In this document: positions 28,451 through 37,334 of the stretch, piece by piece
Numbering within the stretch: the first letter of the stretch is position 1
How the letters are laid out: each line of letters begins with the position of its first letter
Assembly (NCBI GenBank): GCA_017527435.1
Contig: JAFXQB010000006.1
Coordinates: forward strand, 23,098 to 87,097
Origin: Salinivirgaceae bacterium
GTDB lineage: Bacteria; Bacteroidota; Bacteroidia; Bacteroidales; SZUA-534
Length of the DNA: 64,000 nt
Direction of reading: 5' to 3'
Translations under genes and position numbers: made by a program
The notes under the pieces: generated by a model
Told to the model about the DNA's origin: nothing
Database searches by the model: none
The model's input: the letters and a program-made list of their open reading frames with translations, nothing else

Positions 28451-29392
28451 ATGAAAATCAGATTATTACTATCGATTTTAGCCATTTTTTCGACAGTGAC
28501 ACTTAAGGCGCAAACTGAATTTGCACCCATTGGAGCGACGTGGTATTATGGTAATTTGGAAGCAATGTGGGGCGACACGGGATTCACAAAAACCACGGTA
28601 ACCGATTCTGCTGTTATCGATGGCAAAAAAGTTAAAGTCCTGATTTCGGAGTACCACCAAAGCGACGGTGGTGTGTTCCCAAGGGACACGGTTTATGCTT
28701 ACCAGACTGGCGACAGCGTGTTTTTCTATCTTGATGGCAAATTTCACCTTGTTTACAATTTCGGCCTGAATGTGGGCGACACAATGGAAATTTACAATCC
28801 GGATAACAAGTATTGCGGTGATGATATGTTGTATGGGCACATAATGGTAGAATCCATCAAAACATTGAACATAAACGGGACAGAGTTGAAACAGTTTAAC
28901 CTTATTCCTGCTGATTCCTACTCCAACTATTATCACTACATAGAAAAGATAGGCACAACATCCCAATTGTTTGGAGCGGATTGTATAGCCGACAATTTTG
29001 GCGCGGGAATTTTTGGTGAATTGCGATGTTATGAAGATGAGGAAATTGGACATTATCAGTATAGCAGCGAGGCTTGCGACAGTTTGTTTGTGTATGATTG
29101 GACAAATTATTATCATTGGCTGGACTCCATGAATCGAGTTGATGTGATTGACAAAGAGGCTTTGGAAGTGAAAATATTCTACTCACAATCCGATAAAGCC
29201 GTTGTTGTCGATACGCGCGGCAGTTGTGAACCGAGTGTCATTAAAATAATCGATGTCGATGGCAGAATTGTCTATTGTGATGTTTGCGAACCTGGTACTC
29301 AAATGAGTGTAGCATTGAAAAGAAAAGGCGTTCTTGTAGTGTTGATTAACAATGGTTTGGGGTCTTTTTATGAAAAAGTAATTGCTTATTAG
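28451..29392 (+). CDS. Secreted protein with a probable T9SS C-terminal sorting domain, otherwise uncharacterised
   Basis: Signal peptide MKIRLLLSILAIFSTVTLKAQ. The last ~75 aa (VKIFYSQSDKAVVVD...IKIIDVDGRIVY...LKRKGVLVVLINNGLGSFYEKVIAY) fit the beta-sandwich CTD pattern. GC is visibly lower than in the neighbouring genes. Confidence 0.6.
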   Translation: MKIRLLLSILAIFSTVTLKAQTEFAPIGATWYYGNLEAMWGDTGFTKTTVTDSAVIDGKKVKVLISEYHQSDGGVFPRDTVYAYQTGDSVFFYLDGKFHLVYNFGLNVGDTMEIYNPDNKYCGDDMLYGHIMVESIKTLNINGTELKQFNLIPADSYSNYYHYIEKIGTTSQLFGADCIADNFGAGIFGELRCYEDEEIGHYQYSSEACDSLFVYDWTNYYHWLDSMNRVDVIDKEALEVKIFYSQSDKAVVVDTRGSCEPSVIKIIDVDGRIVYCDVCEPGTQMSVALKRKGVLVVLINNGLGSFYEKVIAY

Positions 29393-29544
29393 CAAGTTTT
29401 TGAAAGTTGCGTGAGCTGTTTATGGTCAGAAAAAAAATATAGCAAGAAAATTACAAATTCTGTCACATTGCAAATTGTTTCCTCATTTTTGCCGAAAAAT
29501 AGGTTTTCTGACAAACATCTTTCCTGTACCTTTGAGGCCGGAAT

Positions 29545-29722
29545 TTGAGGCTGGCAAGAAGCTCTTCAAATGAGCTCGCAAATCCGCTCATACGTGCTGC
29601 ACCCCTACAAACTGGTGAAGGACGTGCGCACAGGCTACGAAACATCAAACGTGCAGGCCGTCTTGGATGGCGAACTCAACGATTTCATCAAGGCTTATCT
29701 GATGGAGTTTGGGGATGAGTAG
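29545..29722 (+). pseudogene. Displaced relic of the prfB 3' end (direct repeat copy B). Contains an intact 50-codon ORF at 29570-29722.
   Basis: Encodes [50 protein letters not shown], identical to RF2 residues 322-370 after the first two codons. The only differences are aaa>aag, gag>gaa and tcg>tca (all synonymous) and the stop codon. Confidence 0.85.
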
Positions 29723-29767
29723 GTGAGGCAATCAAAAAACAATTCACCACATTTACAGAAAAATACC

Positions 29768-29775
29768 TATCTTTG
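29768..29775 (+). promoter_or_regulatory. Candidate -7 box (TAtcTTTG) of the queF promoter
   Basis: Exact match to TAnnTTTG 48 nt upstream of the queF ATG, immediately after the prfB relic. Confidence 0.45.
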
Positions 29776-29822
29776 TAGCCGCAAAAAGAGCTTTCAGTTT
29801 TTCCTCTAAAACTAAAAACGAT

Positions 29823-30293
29823 ATGAGAACACAAGAAGAATTGGCAGGTGTAACCCTGCTGGGCGACAAACGGACGGAATATCCGACCGACTACGCGCCG
29901 CAAATGCTTGAGACGTTCGTCAACAAGCACCCCGAAAACGATTATCTGGTAACGCTGAACTGCCCCGAGTTCACCACGCTCTGCCCCAAAACCGGGCAAC
30001 CCGATTTCGCGCACATCTACATCAACTACATTCCTGGCGAGCGGATGGTTGAGAGCAAGTCGCTGAAACTCTATCTGTTCAGTTTCCGCAACCACGGCGA
30101 TTTTCACGAGGACTGCATCAACATTATTATGAAGGACCTTGTGGCGCTGATGCAGCCGCGATACCTTGAGGTTTACGGCATTTTCACGCCGCGCGGCGGA
30201 ATATCAATCTACCCATTCGCCAATTACGCCGACGAGGCTCACCAAGCCTTGAAGCAACAGCGTTTGCTGGCGCAGATGAACCGCACATTTTAA
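29823..30293 (+). CDS. queF: NADPH-dependent 7-cyano-7-deazaguanine (preQ0) reductase
   Basis: 156 aa, type I QueF: [33 protein letters not shown]. Confidence 0.93.
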   Translation: MRTQEELAGVTLLGDKRTEYPTDYAPQMLETFVNKHPENDYLVTLNCPEFTTLCPKTGQPDFAHIYINYIPGERMVESKSLKLYLFSFRNHGDFHEDCINIIMKDLVALMQPRYLEVYGIFTPRGGISIYPFANYADEAHQALKQQRLLAQMNRTF

Positions 30294-30305
30294 ACCGCCA
30301 TTGTT

Positions 30306-30959
30306 ATGAAAGACAGCCTTCTGATACTGTCCGGCGGAATGGACAGCACAACGTTACTATATGAGTATCAAAACGATATAGCATTGGCCGTATCGTTCGA
30401 CTACGGCAGCAACCACAATGCCGACGAGATCCCGTTTGCCGAATATCATTGCAAAAAACTGGGAATCAAGCACACAACCGTACGGCTCGATTTCTTCAAG
30501 CAGTATTTCCGCAGTTCGCTGCTCGAGGGTGCCGACGCCATTCCCGAAGGCTCGTATGCCGACGAGAATATGAAATCGACGGTGGTGCCTTTCCGCAACG
30601 GAATAATGCTTGCTGTGGCCGCCGGAATGGCCGAGACCGCTGGCCTGAAGCACGTAATGATGGCCAACCACAGCGGAGACCACGCCATCTACCCCGACTG
30701 CCGCCCCGAGTTTGCCACAGCTATGAGCCGCGCCATCGAGGCCGGGACTTACGAGGGCATCACGCTGCTCACGCCGTACACCAACATCTCGAAAGCCGAC
30801 ATCGCCCGAAAGGGAAAACAGTTGGGTGTCGATTACTCGAAAACGTGGAGCTGCTACAAAGGCGGCAAAGTACATTGCGGCCGCTGCGCCACCTGCATTG
30901 AACGCAAAGAGGCTCTGCGGCTGGCGGGGATCGAAGATACGACAGAATATGAAAATTAA
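30306..30959 (+). CDS. queC: 7-cyano-7-deazaguanine synthase
   Basis: LSGGMDSTT PP-loop and a C-terminal Zn cluster, CYKGGKVHCGRCATCIERKEA. Confidence 0.95.
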   Translation: MKDSLLILSGGMDSTTLLYEYQNDIALAVSFDYGSNHNADEIPFAEYHCKKLGIKHTTVRLDFFKQYFRSSLLEGADAIPEGSYADENMKSTVVPFRNGIMLAVAAGMAETAGLKHVMMANHSGDHAIYPDCRPEFATAMSRAIEAGTYEGITLLTPYTNISKADIARKGKQLGVDYSKTWSCYKGGKVHCGRCATCIERKEALRLAGIEDTTEYEN

Positions 30960-30978
30960 GAATTGTTTAATTGGAACC

Positions 30979-31006
30979 GTAGAGACGTGGCGCGCCGCGT
31001 CTCTAC
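30979..31006 (+). repeat. REP-like 28-nt palindromic hairpin element, copy 3
   Basis: GTAGAGACGTGGCGCGCCGCGTCTCTAC, between queC and queD. Confidence 0.9.
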
Positions 31007-31159
31007 AAACCCTTAATAATTAAAAATGGTGAATCGGTGAATTGTTTAAAGGTTAATAAACTAAATTTCTAAACAGCGAAGCGACTTAACCCTAAACCCT
31101 TACCAACCCCCAACACCACATAAAACTTATAACTTATAAACTTAAAACTTACCACCCCA

Positions 31160-31495
31160 ATGTTTTACGTATCGAAACGACTTGAAATTTCATCGGCACA
31201 CAAGTTGAGCCTGCCATATCAGAGCAAGTGCACGAGCCTGCACGGCCACAACTGGATTGTAACCGTTTATTGCAAGGCTGAGAAGTTGAACGCCGACGGT
31301 ATGGTTGTCGATTTTTCGCGCATCAAAAGCGTGATTGTCGACCAACTCGACCACAAGGTGATTAACGACGTTCTGGGCGACATCAACCCGACGGCTGAGA
31401 ATCTGGCCTACTGGATTTGTCAGCAGATTGAGAACTGCTACAAGGTGACTGTGCAGGAAACCGAGGGCAACATTGCCACCTATGAGAAAGATTAA
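31160..31495 (+). CDS. queD: 6-carboxy-5,6,7,8-tetrahydropterin synthase
   Basis: 111 aa of the PTPS fold: SSAHKL...CTSLHGHNW...DHKVIND. Confidence 0.9.
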   Translation: MFYVSKRLEISSAHKLSLPYQSKCTSLHGHNWIVTVYCKAEKLNADGMVVDFSRIKSVIVDQLDHKVINDVLGDINPTAENLAYWICQQIENCYKVTVQETEGNIATYEKD

Positions 31496-32033
31496 CGAGA
31501 TTTTTGAGAGCCTTCAGGGCGAGGGGTTCAACACCGGAACGCCGGCTGTTTTTGTGCGCTTTGCAGGCTGCAATCTTGCGTGCCCCTTCTGCGACACCGA
31601 TCACCGCCCCACCGCCGAAATGACCGACGAGCAGATTGCCGCTGCCGTGGCGCAGTTCAAGCCCCAACTCGTGGTGCTCACCGGCGGCGAACCGGGACTG
31701 CAAGTGTCGGAACGGCTGGTTGATTTGCTACACACCGAAGGCCGAAAAGTTGCCATTGAAACCAACGGCACCTGTCCGCTTCCTGCCAACATCGACTGGG
31801 TGACAGTATCGCCCAAAGAGGGAAGCTCGCCCGTGCTCAAAGCCGCCAACGAGGTGAAAGTGGTTTTTCAGGCCGGCACCGACGTTGAGAAATGGTACAC
31901 CGCCATCAAAGCCGACCACTATTTTCTGCAACCTTGCTCGTGCAAGAATACGAGCGAAACGGTCGCCTACATTATGGCGCATCCGCATTGGCGGCTATCG
32001 CTGCAGACGCATAAGTATCTGGGTATCAGATAA
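31482..32033 (+). CDS. queE: 7-carboxy-7-deazaguanine synthase (radical SAM)
   Basis: ATG at 31482. EIFESLQGEGFNTGTPAVFVRFAGCNLACPFCDT. Overlaps queD by 14 nt. Confidence 0.92.
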   Translation: MRKINEIFESLQGEGFNTGTPAVFVRFAGCNLACPFCDTDHRPTAEMTDEQIAAAVAQFKPQLVVLTGGEPGLQVSERLVDLLHTEGRKVAIETNGTCPLPANIDWVTVSPKEGSSPVLKAANEVKVVFQAGTDVEKWYTAIKADHYFLQPCSCKNTSETVAYIMAHPHWRLSLQTHKYLGIR

Positions 32034-32067
32034 AAATCCAATGCCAATTAATCAATTTATTTAATGG

Positions 32068-32106
32068 CGAAGGGGTCCGGGTCAGATTGTCCTTGACGCC
32101 CCTTCG
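32068..32106 (+). terminator. Terminator of the que operon
   Basis: The cgaagggg...ccccttcg stem encloses a 23-nt loop and is followed by a T-rich tract (ctcttttttt). Confidence 0.6.
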
Positions 32107-32201
32107 ACTTCCCGTTCTCTTTTTTTGCACTATCAGTATTTCAATTGAATAGGTCAAATTATATATTTGTATTTTGTTTCTGATAATAAACCAATTTTGA
32201 A

Positions 32202-35200
32202 ATGAAAGACGATAAGAAGGCCGCCGATGAGGCCGAAAATAAATCTGCCGAAAGCGCAAATGTGGAAACAACTGAAAACAAAACAGTTAAAAAAACCAAA
32301 AAGCGCTCGTTACCAAAGTTTCTGCTTAAGTTTTTCTTGTGGATAATAGGCATTGTGCTGCTTTTGGTTTTGGCATTGGTGCTCATTGCCGAGTTTGCCA
32401 ACGACAAAGTTGTGAAGATGGCGCTGCCAAGTGTGCAGAGCATCATCGACGCGCCGGTCAACATTGGGCGGACATCGCTTTCGTTTATACGTGCGTTCCC
32501 ATACACCACGCTCGAACTCAACGATGTTTACCTGGGTTCGTCGCTCAGTGATTCCACCCGCAACGACTCACTGGTGAAGGTGGACAAACTTTACATATCG
32601 CTGAAAAGCGAGCCGCTCAAAGACGGCATTATCGAGATTACTGAGGTTGAATTCAAGGGCGCAACGCTCAAATATCTGGTTGACAGTACCGGTGCCACCT
32701 GTTTCGATTTTCTGATGGGCAGCGTGCAGGACTCGCTGGTGATGGACGAGCTTGCCGATGAGGGCATCGACACCACCGGAACATCGGTAACCATAAATCT
32801 TGAAAAGCTGACAATCAGTGATATAACTTGCTATTACAACGACCGCACACTTGGTGCCCGGGCTAAGGCCTACATTCCGAAAATCGTTGCCAAGGGCTCG
32901 CTGACCGACAGCCTGATTAAAGCGCAGGTGGTTGGTAGCATTCAAATCACCAATGTGGATTTTGTTGAGACCAACGCCAATCAGTTGAAGATGGCAGAGC
33001 TGAAGCTGGATGTGGATTATGTGGGCGATGACATCACTATCAACAAGGTTTCACTGGCGCTTGACGACATTCTGATAGGAATCACCGGCTCGGCAAGGCT
33101 CGGCGATGACATCTACGCCGACATCCACGCCAACTGCGACGAGATTGACCTGACCAAGGTGCTGAAATTCGCCCCTGACGGTATGCTCGACGAGTTTGGG
33201 GTAAAGAAACTCGAAGGCAAGCTGCACTTTAGTGCCGATGTAAAGGGAAATGTCACTGACACAACACGTTATCCGCACGTTGAGGCTAATCTCGGCTTCG
33301 ACAAGGGCCTTGTGCTGATGGACGGCTATCCGCAGGTGAAAAACATCGGGATCGATGTTGACCTTTCGACCGGCAAGCTCGACACCGACGAGTCAGTTGA
33401 AGTGAAGCTAAACAAACTGCATTTTGAAACGCCCAAAAGCTCAGGCACCATCAAGCTTACGGCATCGAACTTGAACAAGCCGCGTTACAACGTGAACGCC
33501 AAATTCCACGTGGCCATTCCTGAGGTTAAACCATTCATTCCGGCCGACTTGGGCATCAGCAGCATCGGCGGCGCGGTTGACTTGGGTGTGAACACCAAGG
33601 GCGTGTTCACCGGCGATGTCGACGACGCGTTTATTGAGAAGGCTCTGCACAACACAAGCGCAACGCTTAGGTTCAGCAATTTCAATGTGACGATGGACAG
33701 CGTTATCACCATCGATACGCTCAATTTGAATCTGGCCTACAGCGATTACGGCATCACCATCGACAAAACTAACGTTGGGCTGCCCGAGTTTGGTCTGGCG
33801 CTGAAAAATCTCGGGTTGGGTGTGAAGCTTGGCGGCAGCATATTCGATATGAGCAAGACCACAGTTGATGTTGACCACATGCACGTTGAGATTGCCGACA
33901 GCAAAATCGACCTGGCCGCAAAGGTGAAGAATCTTGAAAAACCAACATTCGAAGCGCAACTCGGCGCCGATGTGGTGATTGAGAACTTTAAGCAGTTCTT
34001 CCCCGACAGCCTTGCCTATTCAATGACCGGCGGTGTGCGTGCCGATGTGAAATCGCACGGCACGGTTGACCTTGACAGCATCGACACGCAGATGTTTGAT
34101 TTGATAATCAACAATACCGAAATATGCATAAAACTCAGCGATATAAACGCCGATATGTACGATTCGTTCACATCGTTCAACAACCTGGGCGGCGATGTGA
34201 AGATTGCCAACGACAGCATTTGGGTTGACAAGCTCAACATCGACTGGCAAGGACTGAAGCTGCACGTTGATTCGACCATTGTTGAGAACGCCATGAAGAT
34301 TTTCGTGCTCGAGCAGAACAGCAACAAATTGAAAGTGCTGACCAAAGTGGGGCTTGACGATTTCGATTATGCCTGGCTCGACCAAATGTTCCCGGCCGAC
34401 TCAACAGCCGCCGACTCTGTGGCTGTAGCTGATGTTCCGGCTGGCAGTCAAGCTGAAGGACAGGCCGCAACAACCGCAGCTGCAAGCGAGCCGGCAGCCC
34501 CGGCCGAAACCGTTGCTGCCACAAACGAGCCCGCAGCCGTTGCTGACACCGCCTACAGCTTTCTGGCTCTTGGCTATCCGGTTGAGGTGAAAGGCTTGTT
34601 CAAACTCGGCCATCTGCAATACGGCAAATCGTCAATCGATACCATCTCGGCGAAATTCAACGTGAATGACACGGTGGTTGTAGTTGAGAACTTGAAACTT
34701 GGAGCTTTCAAAGGCGGTTTGAATGCTTCGGCACGTGTCAAATTCAAATCAGACTCTTTGATGACAGTCTGGTTCCGCACTCATTTCGACAAAATGGACC
34801 TGAAGCAGCTGTTGCTCGAGTTCGATAACTTCGACCAAACCGATGTAACTTCGGAAAATTTGAGTGGGTTGATGACTGCAGACTTGGACGGCTATCTTAA
34901 TGTGATAAATATGGGCGACAGCATACCGATGGGTGATTTGAAAGTGTTAGGCGATTTGAAACTAGAGGATGGCGTTATCAAGGATATGGAAATTTTGAAA
35001 GAACTCGACCGCTATGTAAATATGCGCGAGTTGGAAAATATTCAGTTCCAAACGCTTACAACAAGTCTGTTCATTAGAAAAGGTTCTCTTTATCTGCCGC
35101 AAACCGACATAAAAACAACGGCCATGAATCTGTCGCTGTTTGCTATGCAAGGAATGGATAATGACAACTTTGAGTATCACATCAAGATTTTCCCTGGTGA

Positions 35201-35450
35201 GATTATGATGGGCAACTCGAAGAAAGTGATGAAGAAGCAAAAGCAGATGAAAGATAATTTGGCTGATGAAGACAACATGCGCTCAATCAATCTTTTGGCT
35301 TACGATATTGACGGTGAGTCGAAATATTGGTTTGATAACGAGGGGCGTAAAACAAATATGAGGAAAAAAATCAGGACTCAAGAAATGCAGCTTCGACTTG
35401 GGTTCAATCCACGTTTGATTAAATATGACACAAATGTGAAATTTCGTTAG
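32202..35450 (+). CDS. AsmA family / AsmA-like outer-membrane biogenesis protein (1082 aa)
   Basis: K/E-rich N-terminus, a single TM helix (FLLKFFLWIIGIVLLLVLALVLIA), then a long beta-rich repetitive body. An A/T/P-rich linker is encoded at about 34390-34560. Confidence 0.7.
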   Translation: MKDDKKAADEAENKSAESANVETTENKTVKKTKKRSLPKFLLKFFLWIIGIVLLLVLALVLIAEFANDKVVKMALPSVQSIIDAPVNIGRTSLSFIRAFPYTTLELNDVYLGSSLSDSTRNDSLVKVDKLYISLKSEPLKDGIIEITEVEFKGATLKYLVDSTGATCFDFLMGSVQDSLVMDELADEGIDTTGTSVTINLEKLTISDITCYYNDRTLGARAKAYIPKIVAKGSLTDSLIKAQVVGSIQITNVDFVETNANQLKMAELKLDVDYVGDDITINKVSLALDDILIGITGSARLGDDIYADIHANCDEIDLTKVLKFAPDGMLDEFGVKKLEGKLHFSADVKGNVTDTTRYPHVEANLGFDKGLVLMDGYPQVKNIGIDVDLSTGKLDTDESVEVKLNKLHFETPKSSGTIKLTASNLNKPRYNVNAKFHVAIPEVKPFIPADLGISSIGGAVDLGVNTKGVFTGDVDDAFIEKALHNTSATLRFSNFNVTMDSVITIDTLNLNLAYSDYGITIDKTNVGLPEFGLALKNLGLGVKLGGSIFDMSKTTVDVDHMHVEIADSKIDLAAKVKNLEKPTFEAQLGADVVIENFKQFFPDSLAYSMTGGVRADVKSHGTVDLDSIDTQMFDLIINNTEICIKLSDINADMYDSFTSFNNLGGDVKIANDSIWVDKLNIDWQGLKLHVDSTIVENAMKIFVLEQNSNKLKVLTKVGLDDFDYAWLDQMFPADSTAADSVAVADVPAGSQAEGQAATTAAASEPAAPAETVAATNEPAAVADTAYSFLALGYPVEVKGLFKLGHLQYGKSSIDTISAKFNVNDTVVVVENLKLGAFKGGLNASARVKFKSDSLMTVWFRTHFDKMDLKQLLLEFDNFDQTDVTSENLSGLMTADLDGYLNVINMGDSIPMGDLKVLGDLKLEDGVIKDMEILKELDRYVNMRELENIQFQTLTTSLFIRKGSLYLPQTDIKTTAMNLSLFAMQGMDNDNFEYHIKIFPGEIMMGNSKKVMKKQKQMKDNLADEDNMRSINLLAYDIDGESKYWFDNEGRKTNMRKKIRTQEMQLRLGFNPRLIKYDTNVKFR

Positions 35451-35453
35451 ACG

Positions 35454-36089
35454 ATGAAGAAACAGTTACGGTGGTTGCTAATTGCGTTTTTGTTGACTTG
35501 TTCCATCATTGCCTTATGGTGGTTTGGCACTAGAATGCAGCGTCAATTGCGTTTCAGCAACACACACGTCGAAATTGTTGAGAACGATATCGACATTGTT
35601 CTTGGTTCCGATTCAGCGCGTATAACTGTTTATATGTTCGCAAGTTACACGTGCCACCATTGTCATGAGTTTCTGTTGGTTGATTTACCAAGACTTCAGC
35701 AGCGCTATATCGATAGTGGGCAAGTGAAGTTTGTAGTAAAACCTATAAATATCGCTGAAAATCGTGATATGATGTCGGCCTTGCAACTGGCTGGTTGTAT
35801 GAATAACGATGGCAACGCCGATGACATCCGCGAACTGCTACTTACTGACCCAACTGCGGTTTACAGCGACGAGTTCCGCCAATTGATTGACGACATTTTA
35901 GACAGCAATTCCGAATTGGCCGAATGCCTTGTTGCCAACGATTTCAGCAGTGTAAAGCAAAATAATAAGCTTTTTAGTGCAATCGGTTTAAAAGTAACAC
36001 CTATATTTGTAATTGGTAGTCATTTGTACAAAGGACGCCGCAGTTATGACAAATTTTGTGAAATAATTGATTACGAGCTAAATAAATAA
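35454..36089 (+). CDS. Membrane-anchored DsbA-like thioredoxin-fold protein with an unusual CHHC active site
   Basis: N-terminal TM helix, then ITVYMFASYTCHHCHEF (CxxC = CHHC) in a DsbA-like context. Starts 4 nt after the stop of the AsmA-like gene. Confidence 0.65.
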   Translation: MKKQLRWLLIAFLLTCSIIALWWFGTRMQRQLRFSNTHVEIVENDIDIVLGSDSARITVYMFASYTCHHCHEFLLVDLPRLQQRYIDSGQVKFVVKPINIAENRDMMSALQLAGCMNNDGNADDIRELLLTDPTAVYSDEFRQLIDDILDSNSELAECLVANDFSSVKQNNKLFSAIGLKVTPIFVIGSHLYKGRRSYDKFCEIIDYELNK

Positions 36090-36117
36090 TTTATTGTCTA
36101 ATTTAAATTTACTTGAG

Positions 36118-36465
36118 ATGAAGAAATTCTTATTGCCAATCGCATTATTTGCAGCATTCGGTCTTGCAGCTTGCGGTGATGAAGTTGAAGAAGCAGGGTG
36201 TAATCAGGCAGAGCCCGTTGAAGATTCCGCTTGTGACATTTCTGTAGCAGAACTTTGCCCCGATGAAGATGTTTATAAGTACAAGGGTGTGTCATATTCT
36301 TCAGATAACAAAGGAATGGACGCACTAATAGATGCTCTTAAAAAGGACGGACATTGTACGGCATCTATATCACCTGCTGACAGAGAAAAAATCCGGACGG
36401 CTTTGAGATCACAATCTAAAAAACTTTTGGACCGCATCCGTGTGAATGCTATCCGCGCCATCTAA
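36118..36465 (+). CDS. Small cysteine-rich lipoprotein, uncharacterised
   Basis: ATG at 36118 gives MKKFLLPIALFAAFGLAAC (lipobox). The mature ~97-aa part has 4 more Cys residues. The track start at 36094 is TTG. Confidence 0.6.
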   Translation: MKKFLLPIALFAAFGLAACGDEVEEAGCNQAEPVEDSACDISVAELCPDEDVYKYKGVSYSSDNKGMDALIDALKKDGHCTASISPADREKIRTALRSQSKKLLDRIRVNAIRAI

Positions 36466-36486
36466 AAATTGGCAAACGAATGATAA

Positions 36487-36515
36487 GAGCCGGGCCGTTT
36501 GGTTCGGCTTTTTTG
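36487..36515 (+). terminator. Terminator after the lipoprotein gene
   Basis: gagccgggccgtttggttcggct hairpin followed by tttttt. Confidence 0.6.
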
Positions 36516-36521
36516 TTGTTT

Positions 36522-37283
36522 TCAGGCCAGCAGAATGCCTGTTCCAATCCGGCCAAGGGTTTGGTCGCGGCGATGCGAGAAAAGGCCGTACGGGCCGCAT
36601 TTGGTGCATTCATCTGATGATTCAATATTTGATGCCGGAATGCCTGCCTGCTCAAGTTGAATGCGGTTGGCAAGCACAAGGTCGATGTGGGGGCGGGGCC
36701 ACTCGTTGCGGCGTAGGATAGTATCAGGCCATTGGCTGAAATGCTCGGCCACATCGTCGCCCACTTCGAAGCAGCACGCGCCAATGCACGACCCAATGGC
36801 CGCAATCAGATTTTCTGGTTTGGAGCCGAACTCATCAGCCATCTTCTTGACTGTCAAACCAACAATGCCGTTTGCTGTGCCGCGCCAACCGGCGTGAATG
36901 GCGGCCGCAGAGTGTGTTGCGGGGTCGTAGAGCAGCACAGGCACGCAGTCGGCTGTGAGAACCATCAGACAAATGCCTTTGCAATTGGTAATCATGGCGT
37001 CGGTGCATGGAATCCGGCTGTCGATGTCCACACTACCGCGACCGGCATCGGCATCGGTCACAACCGCAATGTTGAGGCTGTGAGTCTGCTCGCCGGTCAC
37101 CATCCGATTGATGTCAAAACCAATCGTCTGTGCCAATCGTTGGCGATTGGCCGCACCACCAACCGACCGCAGATTGATGTCGGTTTCGGCGCTGTTGCCG
37201 CATGTGACAAAATGCTTTACAGTGCTGAATCTATCGAGATTGGCGAAAGTGAAATATGGAAAATCGGCGGGGTGCAGTAGCAT
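36522..37283 (-). CDS. pgeF: Peptidoglycan editing factor PgeF (YfiH/DUF152, polyphenol-oxidase-like)
   Basis: 253 aa: TADCVPVLLYD, IHAGWRGT, C-terminal CTKC...FSHRRD. Confidence 0.9.
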   Translation of the reverse strand: MLLHPADFPYFTFANLDRFSTVKHFVTCGNSAETDINLRSVGGAANRQRLAQTIGFDINRMVTGEQTHSLNIAVVTDADAGRGSVDIDSRIPCTDAMITNCKGICLMVLTADCVPVLLYDPATHSAAAIHAGWRGTANGIVGLTVKKMADEFGSKPENLIAAIGSCIGACCFEVGDDVAEHFSQWPDTILRRNEWPRPHIDLVLANRIQLEQAGIPASNIESSDECTKCGPYGLFSHRRDQTLGRIGTGILLA

Positions 37284-37334
37284 TGTTGAGAAGTTTAGAT
37301 ATTCAAAAATCTGCGATAATCTGTTATATCTGTG

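Noticed and set aside
36449-37280. ORFs 36449-36805 (-), 36661-36897 (+) and 36732-37280 (+) around pgeF.
   Set aside because: They overlap the well-supported pgeF frame (HAGWRGT motif) and have no independent signals.
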